From Bacteroidota bacterium (GTDB taxonomy: Bacteria; Bacteroidota; Bacteroidia; Palsa-965): a stretch of DNA of 64,000 nt. A program made the translations under genes and the position numbers. Positions 9,268-19,200 of this stretch are shown here, in pieces. Numbering within the stretch: the first letter of the stretch is position 1; each line of letters opens with the position of its first letter. The DNA lies in the NCBI GenBank assembly GCA_006218065.1, contig VBWE01000002.1, positions 10,154 through 74,153 of the forward strand. The letters run 5' to 3'. The notes beneath the pieces are model-generated. The model worked only from the letters and a program-made list of their open reading frames with translations. It was not told the origin of the DNA and made no database searches.

Positions 9268-9362
9268 TAAACTGAAATTTTAATCAAGCCCTGTGCTATT
9301 AGCGTCTTATTATTGGCACTTAGAATAATTGAACGAAATAACGAAAAGTATGCCGAATTGAG

Positions 9363-9869
9363 CTATTGCGGGGCTTTAATTAAGGTGCAAATTTGAGCGT
9401 ATTTTTTTCTAATACTAATCTTTATAGATGGCCCGGGAGGCTTTTCCATTAACACCCCGTTTTCAAATATTTTTACGACCGTATGAGGATACATACATTC
9501 CTCCGGATCATGAACCACTTTTAACTCATATTTGTTAGCTGGGATAGAGGTGTTTTGAATTACAATGTTTTCTATTTCTTTTATGGAAATGCGTACGATC
9601 CCATAATGAAAATAGTGGGTATTGGAAGTAGAACTAAATAATACATCCTCTGGGGTCAAGCAAAAATCTTGGCGATTGCAAGACATATTATCAGTGCTAA
9701 ATATGCTCTGGTCTATATCTCCTTTATCCGAAATAGAAAGTTTTCCGTTTTGTATTTTAGGAAAGCGGCGATAAAGCCCCTCGTCAATAGAAAAGATTTG
9801 CTGGTCTTGTCGATTGTCTTTGTGCAGATATTCTGGTATGCCCAGTTCCGTGCAAAAATTATTCGCCAT
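9363..9869 (-). CDS. hypothetical protein (gene 3 of three-gene operon)
   Basis: 168 aa with no recognisable motif. Its start overlaps the stop of the upstream gene (9859-9869). AT-rich. Confidence 0.55.
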   Translation of the reverse strand: MANNFCTELGIPEYLHKDNRQDQQIFSIDEGLYRRFPKIQNGKLSISDKGDIDQSIFSTDNMSCNRQDFCLTPEDVLFSSTSNTHYFHYGIVRISIKEIENIVIQNTSIPANKYELKVVHDPEECMYPHTVVKIFENGVLMEKPPGPSIKISIRKKYAQICTLIKAPQ

Positions 9870-10374
9870 GGGGTATTATGTCAAGCTTTTCCTTTAAACG
9901 ATTAAAAGTCAAGTCTTCACATTCAACAGTTTCCCCGCCAATATCTTTTAGCCAACCAATTTGCCCTTCATTATCAATCTCTATAGCAGAGTAAATATCT
10001 TTATATTTCATTTCAAACAAAAGACCACCATCGGGCGAGACGCTTATTTCATGCTCTATGCCCATGCTATTCAATGTATCTAAAACTGTATTTGCGATAG
10101 ATATGGAAATCTTGCTTGGAACATCTTTAATTCCTCGTTCCGATGCCCCGTCGGATTGAATTGCCTGCAAAAACAGCCTATGTTTATAAACAGTCTGCTT
10201 ATTTTTTGTTTGCTCGGATATTGCTTTAATGAGTTTATAACACTCTTCATTTTTTATTATATTTCCATAATGGGATGTTGCCGAAGATGGTTCTTTTAAA
10301 AAGCGCACATCTTCTATGACTTCAACTTTTTTTGCCGAGGCCGGGGGTATGTATGCGGGCGTACTTAAAGCCAT
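9859..10374 (-). CDS. hypothetical protein (gene 2 of three-gene operon)
   Basis: 171 aa with no recognisable motif. A 2-bp gap separates it from the upstream gene and it overlaps the downstream gene. Confidence 0.55.
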   Translation of the reverse strand: MALSTPAYIPPASAKKVEVIEDVRFLKEPSSATSHYGNIIKNEECYKLIKAISEQTKNKQTVYKHRLFLQAIQSDGASERGIKDVPSKISISIANTVLDTLNSMGIEHEISVSPDGGLLFEMKYKDIYSAIEIDNEGQIGWLKDIGGETVECEDLTFNRLKEKLDIIPHGE

Positions 10375-10376
10375 TT

Positions 10377-10724
10377 TTATTCGCCTTTAGATTCTGATTT
10401 CGATTCCGATCTTATTTTTTCAATTGCGTTGATATTGGCTTGAAGCCAATCTATCAACGTCTTTGCGGTATTAACATCCATCAAAAGACCAACTTGGACT
10501 TCTCTAACAGAGCCGTCTCTTTCATCTCTTTCGACTTCGGTAGAATGCGGAATTTGCGAAGATATTTCATTTATAATTTTTCGAGGGATAACGACTCTAT
10601 CAGTAAAAACATTCATGTCTATAAGGCCCTGAATGGTAACACCGCCAAAAGCCCCCGTTACTATAACGGTTTTATAGTCATTGTTTTTTATATAATGAAA
10701 GGAATGTTTGATTCTATCTTCCAT
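10377..10724 (-). CDS. hypothetical protein (gene 1 of three-gene operon)
   Basis: 115 aa with a glycine-rich motif ..KTVIVTGAFGGVTIQGLIDMN... It is divergent from the transposase gene. Confidence 0.55.
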   Translation of the reverse strand: MEDRIKHSFHYIKNNDYKTVIVTGAFGGVTIQGLIDMNVFTDRVVIPRKIINEISSQIPHSTEVERDERDGSVREVQVGLLMDVNTAKTLIDWLQANINAIEKIRSESKSESKGE

Positions 10725-10946
10725 GTTGCAAAGGTAATATAACTTGTTTGAGTTGGATAGCCAAAAATAGCTAATATTAAATACAATGGCTGTTGTGTTT
10801 AGTTAAGGTTGGAGCAAATTTTGCTGTTTTTTCATAAAAAAGTTACGCGTTTTTGCCTTGAAACGCAACAAAATCAACGCTTTCAGCGTTTAAGTAGTAT
10901 AACTTTTCGATACAATACCGAACCGACTTTAGCCCTGATTTTGCTT

Positions 10947-11852
10947 ATGAACCTGATTGACTTCTCCCGCTATTTTTCTACCGAAGAAATCTGCAAAAAA
11001 CATCTTGAACAAATGCGCTGGCCGAATGGCGTAACGTGTCCTTTTTGCGCAAGCGAACGTATCTACGTAACCAAGCGCGGGTATAAATGCGCCGACAAAA
11101 ACTGTTACAAGAAGTTCAGCGTAACAGTTGGTACGTACTTACAGGGAACGAAAATCCCGCTTGTAAAATGGTTCATGGCAATCTACATTTCAACGGCGCA
11201 CAAGAAAGGAATCAGTTCGCACCAGCTTGCAAAAGACATCGGGATAACTCAAAAATGGGCTTGGTTTATGTTACAACGCATTCGCGGCATTATGACCGAA
11301 AAGAACGCGGTTAAACTCAAGGGTGTAATTCAGGCCGATGAAACGCTGATAGGCGGTAAGGAGAAGAATAAACACGCTGTAAAACGCAATCCCAAAGCAT
11401 ACGGACGCGGGGGAAACAAAACAGTCGTGCTTGGTGTTCGTGATTTTGGCGGCGAAGTAAAAGCGTGGGTTATTCCCGACGCAAGCAGGCAGTATATCAC
11501 ACCCCTGATTCAGCAGAATGTAAAACAGGGTTCGTTTCTGTTTACCGATACATGGGGCGGCTACAATGATTTAAGTAAGTCGTTCGTCCATTTCAAAATC
11601 AATCACATCGAAGGGCAATACGTGCGCGGGTTTGTACATACGAATGGTATTGAAAATTTCTGGTCGCAGATGAAGCGGGGAATCAACGGCATTTATCATC
11701 AGGTTAGCCCGAAGCATTTGCACAGGTACGTTAGCGAATATTCGTTTCGGTACAACACGCGCAAGATCGGCGATTCGCTCCGGGTAGATTTTGCATTCGC
11801 ACAGTGCGCGGGTCGTCTGAAATGGAACGACCTGATAGCGGATAAAGTGTAA
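10947..11852 (+). CDS. IS1595-family transposase (N-terminal zinc-ribbon + DDE domain)
   Basis: The product from the internal ATG 10947 shows ..WPNGVTCPFCAS..YKCADKNCYKKFSVTVGT.. (transposase zinc ribbon). The ..VIQADETLIGG.. and ..FLFTDTWGGYNDL..HFKINH.. segments are ISXO2/IS1595 DDE-like. Confidence 0.85.
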   Translation: MNLIDFSRYFSTEEICKKHLEQMRWPNGVTCPFCASERIYVTKRGYKCADKNCYKKFSVTVGTYLQGTKIPLVKWFMAIYISTAHKKGISSHQLAKDIGITQKWAWFMLQRIRGIMTEKNAVKLKGVIQADETLIGGKEKNKHAVKRNPKAYGRGGNKTVVLGVRDFGGEVKAWVIPDASRQYITPLIQQNVKQGSFLFTDTWGGYNDLSKSFVHFKINHIEGQYVRGFVHTNGIENFWSQMKRGINGIYHQVSPKHLHRYVSEYSFRYNTRKIGDSLRVDFAFAQCAGRLKWNDLIADKV

Positions 11853-11860
11853 CTTTGAAC

Positions 11861-12007
11861 ATGGCCAAGAAGAAACCATCCAAGAAAAAAAAGAAGGTCT
11901 CCAAGTATCACGAGAAGATCAAGATTGACGGGTCGTTCGACGAAGTGCTAAAAGCAATGATTAATACCCCAAAACAGAAGGCATCCAAAAAAGAGAAAAA
12001 CAAATAA
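11861..12007 (+). CDS. small lysine-rich ORF (49 aa) immediately downstream of transposase
   Basis: MAKKKPSKKKKKVSKYHEKIKIDGSFDEVLKAMINTPKQKASKKEKNK. It is below the ORF-track size cut-off and its coding status is uncertain. Confidence 0.25.
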   Translation: MAKKKPSKKKKKVSKYHEKIKIDGSFDEVLKAMINTPKQKASKKEKNK

Positions 12008-12013
12008 AAGGCC

Positions 12014-12214
12014 CTAATAGGAAATAGGTCCAATAACAAATATTTCGTCATGCTCAAGAGCGTCACTATAAATTATGATGCTATGTTTCATGACTTCACT
12101 AAGGGTATCTTCGCAAGCAGAACCCTCATAATAACTCGACTCTCTTGAGGTTGTGTTATTGATAACGTAACAAGGAGAGAGAATTATACTTTCAGTATAT
12201 GTTGCTCTGTTCAT
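12014..12214 (-). CDS. small hypothetical protein downstream of SDH protease
   Basis: A 66-aa ORF on the same strand as the protease, 16 bp downstream of it. Confidence 0.3.
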   Translation of the reverse strand: MNRATYTESIILSPCYVINNTTSRESSYYEGSACEDTLSEVMKHSIIIYSDALEHDEIFVIGPISY

Positions 12215-12230
12215 TGCCTTACAAAGTTAA

Positions 12231-13265
12231 TTATTTTTTCGGTTCCGACAATATTTCGTGCCTCCAACCTTCAAAAGTCCTATTGTCTTGAATGCTGGTA
12301 TTTTGAATCGCAGCCCCTCCAGGTCCTTGAATACTTATTGGCTGTTTGTTATATGATCCTTCCGTGGTATATACATGACAACCATTGACAAGGCTTTCTA
12401 CGATAACCCGCCTATATGAATAATTAAGGTCATTCGTTGCTGCCATAAGTATTTTAGGTTCAAGAGGCACAGTCAAAAGCATTTCTGTTTCAATGCTTTT
12501 GTATATGCTGTTTATTATTGAATACAGATTATCGTCTGGCTTTTCAATAGGCAACCCCAGCTCCTCTTTTGCTTCTTTGCGATAAATCGTGTAATCATGG
12601 CTACCGGATTCGCTACACAAGAAGTTGATAATTGGTGTTTGTTTATCTTCTTCTGTAACCCCCTGCTTTGTTAACAGCTTTTTAGCAAGCATTTGAATTT
12701 GGCTTCGTGTCCTATATACTTCACCCAAAGACATGGGATGAATCTTTTCGGACAAAGCAATATAAATATCAGCAAGCGCACGCGGGTCTGTGATTTTTAA
12801 TTCTTCCTTTGCCATTCCTAAATACGCGCTTACAACCTCAACGCTTACAGGAACACGAACCCTTTGGCCATTGTGTTCTATCAAGGGATTCATCATGCCA
12901 TTTGTGCTTGGATCTATTGGCCCCAACGTAGCCTGTTTGGTCATGATGATATTATTAGCGCCAAGGCACATTAATGTTCCGGCGCTATGACAATGTAATG
13001 GAACTATTATTTCCAGTTGCTTGCAGAAACTCCTCAATAAGTTTACTATGCTCCATGCCGCAATAGTATTTCCTCCCCTTGTGTAAAGAAATAGAGAGAT
13101 TTTTTCAGTGTCGCCGATTTTATCCAAGTGCTCCGTAAAATGCGGCAGCACTTCTTGACTAAGCTGTGTTTCAAGCCCACGCCGATCACCTGTAACGTAA
13201 ACCAAGAGCTTGGACTTTCTTAGTTTCTCAAGCTCTGCGTACAATTTTATTCTTTCTTTGAACAT
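12231..13265 (-). CDS. SDH-family Clp-fold serine proteinase (SppA/ClpP-like)
   Basis: The ..LFLYTRGGNTIAAWSIVNLL.. and ..HCHSAGTLMCLGANNIIM.. segments resemble the PF01972 serine dehydrogenase proteinase family. Confidence 0.6.
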   Translation of the reverse strand: MFKERIKLYAELEKLRKSKLLVYVTGDRRGLETQLSQEVLPHFTEHLDKIGDTEKISLFLYTRGGNTIAAWSIVNLLRSFCKQLEIIVPLHCHSAGTLMCLGANNIIMTKQATLGPIDPSTNGMMNPLIEHNGQRVRVPVSVEVVSAYLGMAKEELKITDPRALADIYIALSEKIHPMSLGEVYRTRSQIQMLAKKLLTKQGVTEEDKQTPIINFLCSESGSHDYTIYRKEAKEELGLPIEKPDDNLYSIINSIYKSIETEMLLTVPLEPKILMAATNDLNYSYRRVIVESLVNGCHVYTTEGSYNKQPISIQGPGGAAIQNTSIQDNRTFEGWRHEILSEPKK

Positions 13266-13372
13266 ACGGGGGAGGTCTTCAAGCAGACAATTAATGGGTT
13301 TTTTACAAGTATTTTCAAAGTCCGTTGATAACTATTTTTCAACTAATTGAAAATCAAGATAATTCATTCGAA

Positions 13373-13603
13373 TCACATCCCCTTCACCAATTCCGAAACC
13401 GTCACATTCAGCGCCTTCGCCAACTTAATCATGCTGGAAAGTTTTATGTCTGCGCCCCGCTCCCATTGGTTAATCTGAACGCGACCGAATCCGTGATCGT
13501 AAGCAAATATCTCTTGGCTCGTATAGCCAGCTTTCTTACGTAGCTCCTTTACCCTTGCTCCGAAGGTTTCCAAATCACCTTTCTTTTTGGCCTGCTTTTT
13601 CAT
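13373..13603 (-). CDS. XRE-family helix-turn-helix transcriptional regulator
   Basis: ..FGARVKELRKKAGYTSQEIFAYDHGFGRVQINQWERGADIKLSSMIKLAKALNVTVSELV is an HTH_3 pattern. The start is taken at the internal Met (MKKQAKKK). Confidence 0.7.
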   Translation of the reverse strand: MKKQAKKKGDLETFGARVKELRKKAGYTSQEIFAYDHGFGRVQINQWERGADIKLSSMIKLAKALNVTVSELVKGM

Positions 13604-13681
13604 GTATGCAAGGGAAGAAATACCATAATTCTTTACAACGTCATGCAATATGACATATTACAATAGTCTTTTTTAGTATGT

Positions 13682-14140
13682 TTGCCCGAAAACGGCACTA
13701 TGAAAATCATTCCAAGACGCGACATTCATAAGCTATTCCCGGTAGGCTTGAAGGACTGGCTGAAATCGAAAGACTGCCACATGAGAAAGAATTACGTGCA
13801 GGCTATTTCAGAGGGACGTTTCAGCAAGTGGGGTTATCTTCGGTTACTGGAAGCGTACCCGGAATATCAACACTGGTTTCAGCACGAAGGGTTCCGGTTG
13901 GTTACTTCGCCTTTACACCGAAAGAAATACAAGTTCCTGATCTGCCCGGTAGGGAGTACCGCGCTACCGGAAACGATTAAGCAGGGAATGAAAGAGCAGG
14001 GGATGCGCTCGGTACATGAACTGCTGCTTACATACGACTACCTGCAAATGCGTATGTACGAAATCCTGCATAACAGTGATTGGAAAGATTTCATTCGTGC
14101 GCTGCATCATTACAGATGCTACGACATGTTAGAGGTATAG
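13682..14140 (+). CDS. hypothetical protein divergent from XRE regulator
   Basis: 152-aa ORF, AT-rich, with no recognisable domain. Confidence 0.45.
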   Translation: MPENGTMKIIPRRDIHKLFPVGLKDWLKSKDCHMRKNYVQAISEGRFSKWGYLRLLEAYPEYQHWFQHEGFRLVTSPLHRKKYKFLICPVGSTALPETIKQGMKEQGMRSVHELLLTYDYLQMRMYEILHNSDWKDFIRALHHYRCYDMLEV

Positions 14141-14256
14141 ACTTTACCCCGAAGCGCACACGGGGAAAGTTGTGCGTTAAAAATGCAATCTGGTATATGA
14201 CGGGAAAGGGGCCATGCTATTCGCGTACTTCATAGAAGCCCCTTTCTTTATTAATA

Positions 14257-14296
14257 CCTTTGTCCCATTACAGCAATCATTGCCTTTTCAAATTGG
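14257..14296. repeat. right inverted repeat bounding the AT-rich insertion
   Basis: See the left inverted repeat at 9229-9267. Confidence 0.6.
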
Positions 14297-14325
14297 CTCA
14301 ATTGAGTAATCCGGAAAACGGAATT

Positions 14326-15657
14326 TTACAGGAATTCATTCGCCAGGTTGGCCAGCTCGCTGCGTTCGCCTTTGGTCAGTGTGATATGTGCGTAAATGGA
14401 CTGACCTTTCAAACGGTCGATCAGGTACGAAAGTCCGTTTGATTGCGTGTCGAGATAAGGTGTATCGATCTGGTAAATATCCCCGGTGAAAACGATTTTC
14501 GTGTTTTCGCCGGCGCGGCTGATGATGGTTTTCACTTCGTGCGGCGTCAGGTTCTGCGCTTCATCCACGATAAAGAACACGTTACTGAGGCTTCTTCCGC
14601 GGATGTATGCGAGCGGGCACACGATGAGTTTTTCGTTTTCCACCATCTCGTTGATCTGCTTGAACTCCTTGTCTTTTTCGCTGTACTGGCTCTTGATGTA
14701 TTTCAGGTTGTCCCAGAGCGGTTCCATATATGGATTCAGCTTCGACTTGATATCGCCGGGCAGGTAACCGATGTCTTTATTGCTCAGCGGGACTACCGGG
14801 CGTGCCAGGTAAATCTGGTGATAGTTCCTGCGTTGCTCCAGCGCGCCGGCCAGCGACAGCAGGGTTTTCCCCGTTCCTGCAACGCCCTGTATGGAAACCA
14901 GGCGGATATCGGGACGCAGGATGGCGTCGAGCGCAAAAGCCTGCTCGGCATTCCGCGGGGTAATGTTGAACGCGATATTTTTCCTGACGCGTTCCAGCAG
15001 TTCATTCACCGGGTTATAATACGCAAGCACCGATTTCTGCCCGTTGCGCAGGATGTAAAAGTGATTGGATGTCGGTTTTGTTTTTTTCATCACGTCCGCA
15101 ACGGCGCAGGATTCTTTTTCATAAATCTCGTTGATGGATGCGATCGGCGCTTTTTCAATGGTGGAATTGCCCGTGTAAAGTTCGCTCAGGTCCTTGATCT
15201 TGCCGGTTTCATAATCTTCGGCCTGCAGGTTCAGCGACTTGGCCTTGATGCGCAGGTTGATGTCCTTGGTAACCAGGATGACTTTGCGCCCGGGGTTTTT
15301 TTGTGATAAATGCAGTGCGGTATTGAGGATGCGGTGATCGGCTTTGCGTTCGCCGAAGATTTTTTCAGCATCTGTTTTTGACGACTGGTTCATTTCGATT
15401 TTGAACATGCCATGCCCTTTGCCGTTGATGTTTATCCAGTCCTGGAGCGTATTTCTGCCGGAAATTTTATCAATATAACGTGTGAACTCGCGGGCAGCGA
15501 AATTCTTCGTGTCGTTTCCTTTCTTGAAATTATCCAATTCCTCCAGGACCGTTATCGGTACCACGACGTCGTGCTCTTTGAAACTTTTTATCGCGTTGTG
15601 ATCGTAAATGATCACCGATGTGTCGAGCACGAATATCTTTTTTTCTTTACTGTTCAT
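14326..15657 (-). CDS. phoH: PhoH family protein (N-terminal PIN domain + PhoH-like ATPase; YlaK-like)
   Basis: The N-terminus has PIN acidic residues (..IFVLDTSVIIYD..). A Walker A (GVAGTGKT) and the PhoH core (..VFFIVDEAQNLTPHEVKTIISRAGENTKIVFTGD..) follow. Confidence 0.9.
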   Translation of the reverse strand: MNSKEKKIFVLDTSVIIYDHNAIKSFKEHDVVVPITVLEELDNFKKGNDTKNFAAREFTRYIDKISGRNTLQDWININGKGHGMFKIEMNQSSKTDAEKIFGERKADHRILNTALHLSQKNPGRKVILVTKDINLRIKAKSLNLQAEDYETGKIKDLSELYTGNSTIEKAPIASINEIYEKESCAVADVMKKTKPTSNHFYILRNGQKSVLAYYNPVNELLERVRKNIAFNITPRNAEQAFALDAILRPDIRLVSIQGVAGTGKTLLSLAGALEQRRNYHQIYLARPVVPLSNKDIGYLPGDIKSKLNPYMEPLWDNLKYIKSQYSEKDKEFKQINEMVENEKLIVCPLAYIRGRSLSNVFFIVDEAQNLTPHEVKTIISRAGENTKIVFTGDIYQIDTPYLDTQSNGLSYLIDRLKGQSIYAHITLTKGERSELANLANEFL

Positions 15658-16250
15658 AGAACGAGATTCAGCAGTTAGAGACGCTCATAAAACTATTAAA
15701 ACAGGATTCGGCTTTCAGGAGGTGCGGATCAAAGAAATGAACAACGGCCTGTTATCATCGGGAATGCCCTGAAACGATGGGGCCCGCAACATGACCGGGA
15801 TAAAAAAATGAACAGGTCCTTGTTATTAAGTAACATCATGAAAAAAAGAAGCGGCCGGGGGCAGACTTCCTATTTCCGACCTGAAAGGGGCTTATGGAAT
15901 TTGTTAAACAGTCAACCCCAATTTATGCACCAAACAGGATTTATCCCATGACAGGAAAAAATCAAAACCCGGAGCTTGTTTTTATCGTAACCGGCTGATA
16001 ACAAAAACACTGTAACTACGTATAACCCGCTGTTACAGCATGTTCGTAGAAATACAGTATGCTGTTATAGTGTGAAATCCGCGGTTTAGCTCCCGATTAC
16101 ACGGGTTCATCGAAAAACTTTGCTTTTCGGCCCCCGGTTTCATATCTATGTATGTTACCAAAGCCACTGTTTACCGGCAAAATAGTCGCGCCGGGAGAAC
16201 AGTGAACCACGCACAGAATTACCAGGATTGTCTCAGCAATACCACACACC

Positions 16251-19200
16251 ATGAAGAAGCAGATCTACTCTTTTGCCATTCTTTCATTATTTGTAACCGG
16301 CAGCGTCAACGCCCAGAACTGGAAGGCCCCGATGGCCGATCCGAACGTATCGTTTTACGATATCAAGGCGGATTTTTACCAGGACTGGGGCGCAAAAGAG
16401 CAGCAGCTTTTCCAGGCACGGCAGGACCAGGCTATGGCGCAGGGCAAGTTCGGCAACATGAACCAGCGCGGCACCCCGATGCCGGATATGAAAGGCGGGT
16501 ACAAACAATTCAAACGCTGGGAATCGTATATGGAGCCCCGCGTTTATCCTTCCGGCGATTTGACATTACCCTCGCATAATTTCGAAAACTTCCTCGCCTA
16601 CATGGCGCAGAACCAGGAAGCGCGTTCACAGTACTATGCCACCTACGGCGGAAACCCGATCAACCTGGGCAATACCACCAGCCAGCTCAACAGCCCGCAG
16701 CCGCCCTCCGTTATGAGTAATATCTGGGGACTCGTCGGTCCGAGCGGTCCGCCCACAAACGGGGGCGCCGGTCGTATCAACCGCGTTGTCATTGATCCAA
16801 CAAACAACAATACGCTTTACGCCTGCGCACCTGCCGGGGGATTGTGGAAATCAACCAACGCCGGAACCACATGGAGCATTCTCGCCAGTACGGATGCGCT
16901 CAATTCCATCGGCTGTACCGACCTCGCGATTGATCCTACGAATACACAGATCATGTACCTCGCCACGGGCGATGGTGACGCCGGCGATACATACAGCATC
17001 GGTGTAATGAAATCTACCGACGGCGGAACAACCTGGGCTGCCACCGGACTCGCCTGGACTACGAACCAGGGCCGTACGATCGGGCGCCTGCTGATCAACC
17101 CGAGTAATACGCAGATTGTCATGGCGTTTACCAGCAACGGTATTTACCGCACCACGACCGGCGGAACCGGCGCCTGGACCCAGGTACAGAACACGGATCC
17201 TTTCCGTGATGCGGAATACAAACCGGGTGATCCGAATACGGTGTATGCCACAGGAACGGAATTCTGGAAATCGACCAACGGCGGTGCAGCCTGGACGCAG
17301 ATCACCTCGGGACTTCCCACATCTGCAAACGTTGACCGTCTTTCCGTTGCGGTAACAGCAGCAAATACCGCGTACGTGTATGTTCTTGCCGGAAGCGCTG
17401 CAAACAATGGTTTTTACGGGTTATACCGCTCCACCGACAGCGGCACAACATTTACCACGCGCTCTACAACACCGAACGTCATGGGCTGGGCCAGCGCAGG
17501 AAATGATACCGGCGGACAAAGCTGGTATGACCATGGTCTTGGCGTTTCTCCGACCAACCAGGATGTCGTGGTTGTGGGAGGTGTAAATGTATGGCGTTCG
17601 ACAAACGGCGGAACGGGCTGGACCCTGCACGCACATTGGACAGGCTCCGGAGCGCCGTATGTACATGCCGATATTCATGATATTACTTTCCAGCCGGGAA
17701 GCTCCACAACATATTATATCAGCAACGACGGCGGTGTCGCCAAAACGACAAACACCGGAACAAACTGGACCGATGTGAGCGCCAACATGGCCATTGCACA
17801 ACCTTACCGTATTGGCCTTTCCGCATCAACAGCAAACCTGTGGCTTACCGGTCACCAGGATAACGGAACGAACCGCTACAACGGAACCTATGCCGAAGTA
17901 ATGGGCGGCGACGGTATGGATTGTTTTATCGATCGTACGAACAATAACAACATGTACGGCGAACAATACAACGGCGCATTCAACCGCTCCACCAACGGTG
18001 GGACAACCTGGGCCGGCTACACGACCGGTCTTACGGGTACCGCCAACTGGGTTACTCCGTGGATACAGGATCCGACAAATGCATTGTATCTCTGGGCCGG
18101 TTATACCAACGTGTTCCGCAGGAATACGAGTACCGGAAGCTGGACGCAGATGGGAACCATCACGGGAACCGGAACAATCATCGATGTTAAAGTCGCTCCT
18201 TCCAACGGTGCCGTTATTTATGCCGCACGCAGCAACCAGCTCTGGAAATCAACGAATACAGGCGGTACATGGACGAATATAACCGGAACGCTTCCTGTTG
18301 GAAGTGCGGCGATTACACGCATTGCCATCGATCCTTCGGATGCGAATAATGCCTGGGTGACTTTCTCCGGCTATTCCGCAGGCAATAAAGTATTTGTAAC
18401 AACCAACGGCGGGACAAGCTGGACCAGCGTTTCCACGGGCCTTCCCAACCTGCCGGTGAATTGTATTGTTTATACACCCGGATCCACAACAGACGCCATT
18501 TACGTAGGCTGTGATATTGGTGTTTATTACAAAGACAACAGCAGCGCAACCTGGCAGCCGTATTTCACCGGCCTTCCGAACGTACCTGTTTTCGACCTGG
18601 AAATTTATTCACCGACCAGCAAGGTGCGTGCAGCAACCTATGGCCGCAGCGTATGGGAAGTAGATATCTACAACCCGGGAACATTGCCGCCGATAGCCGC
18701 TTTCGCAGCAAGCTCGACAACAGTATGCTCCGGCTCACCGGTCAGCTTCACCGACCAGTCGAGTTTCACACCCACTTCCTGGAGCTGGACATTCCCCGGC
18801 GCGACGCCCGGAACATCCACAGCACAGAACCCGACCGGTATTGTATGGAACACGCCCGGAACATATACGGTAACACTTACTGCAACCAATGCAAACGGAA
18901 GCAGCAACGCAACCCAGGTGGTCACCGTAATGGGAACAGTGCTTCCGCCGCTCACGCAAGGATTTGAAGCAGTTACATTCCCGCCCACAAACTGGCTGAG
19001 CAACGACGTAAACGCTGACGGTGTTTTCTGGTCGCGCACAACGGCAGCAAGCGGGTTCGGAACAAGTACGGCCTGCATGAAGTTTGATAACTATAACAAC
19101 GACGTGGCCGGCGCAAGAGATGAAATTCTCACACCGCGTATGAACTATACCGGTTATACGGGTCTGCAGATGACCTTTGATGTTGCATACGCACGATATA

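Larger units (their letters stand above)
9229..14296. mobile_element. putative transposon-like AT-rich insertion carrying an IS1595-family transposase plus cargo
   Basis: AT-rich composition sets in right after yceI and GC-rich composition resumes at phoH. The insertion is bounded by ~38-bp imperfect inverted repeats and has an intact IS1595-type transposase inside. Confidence 0.5.

Noticed and set aside
10809-10946. N-terminal 46-aa extension of transposase ORF
   Set aside because: The zinc-ribbon transposase domain begins right after the internal Met at 10947. The extension lacks RBS-compatible context and reads like intergenic sequence.
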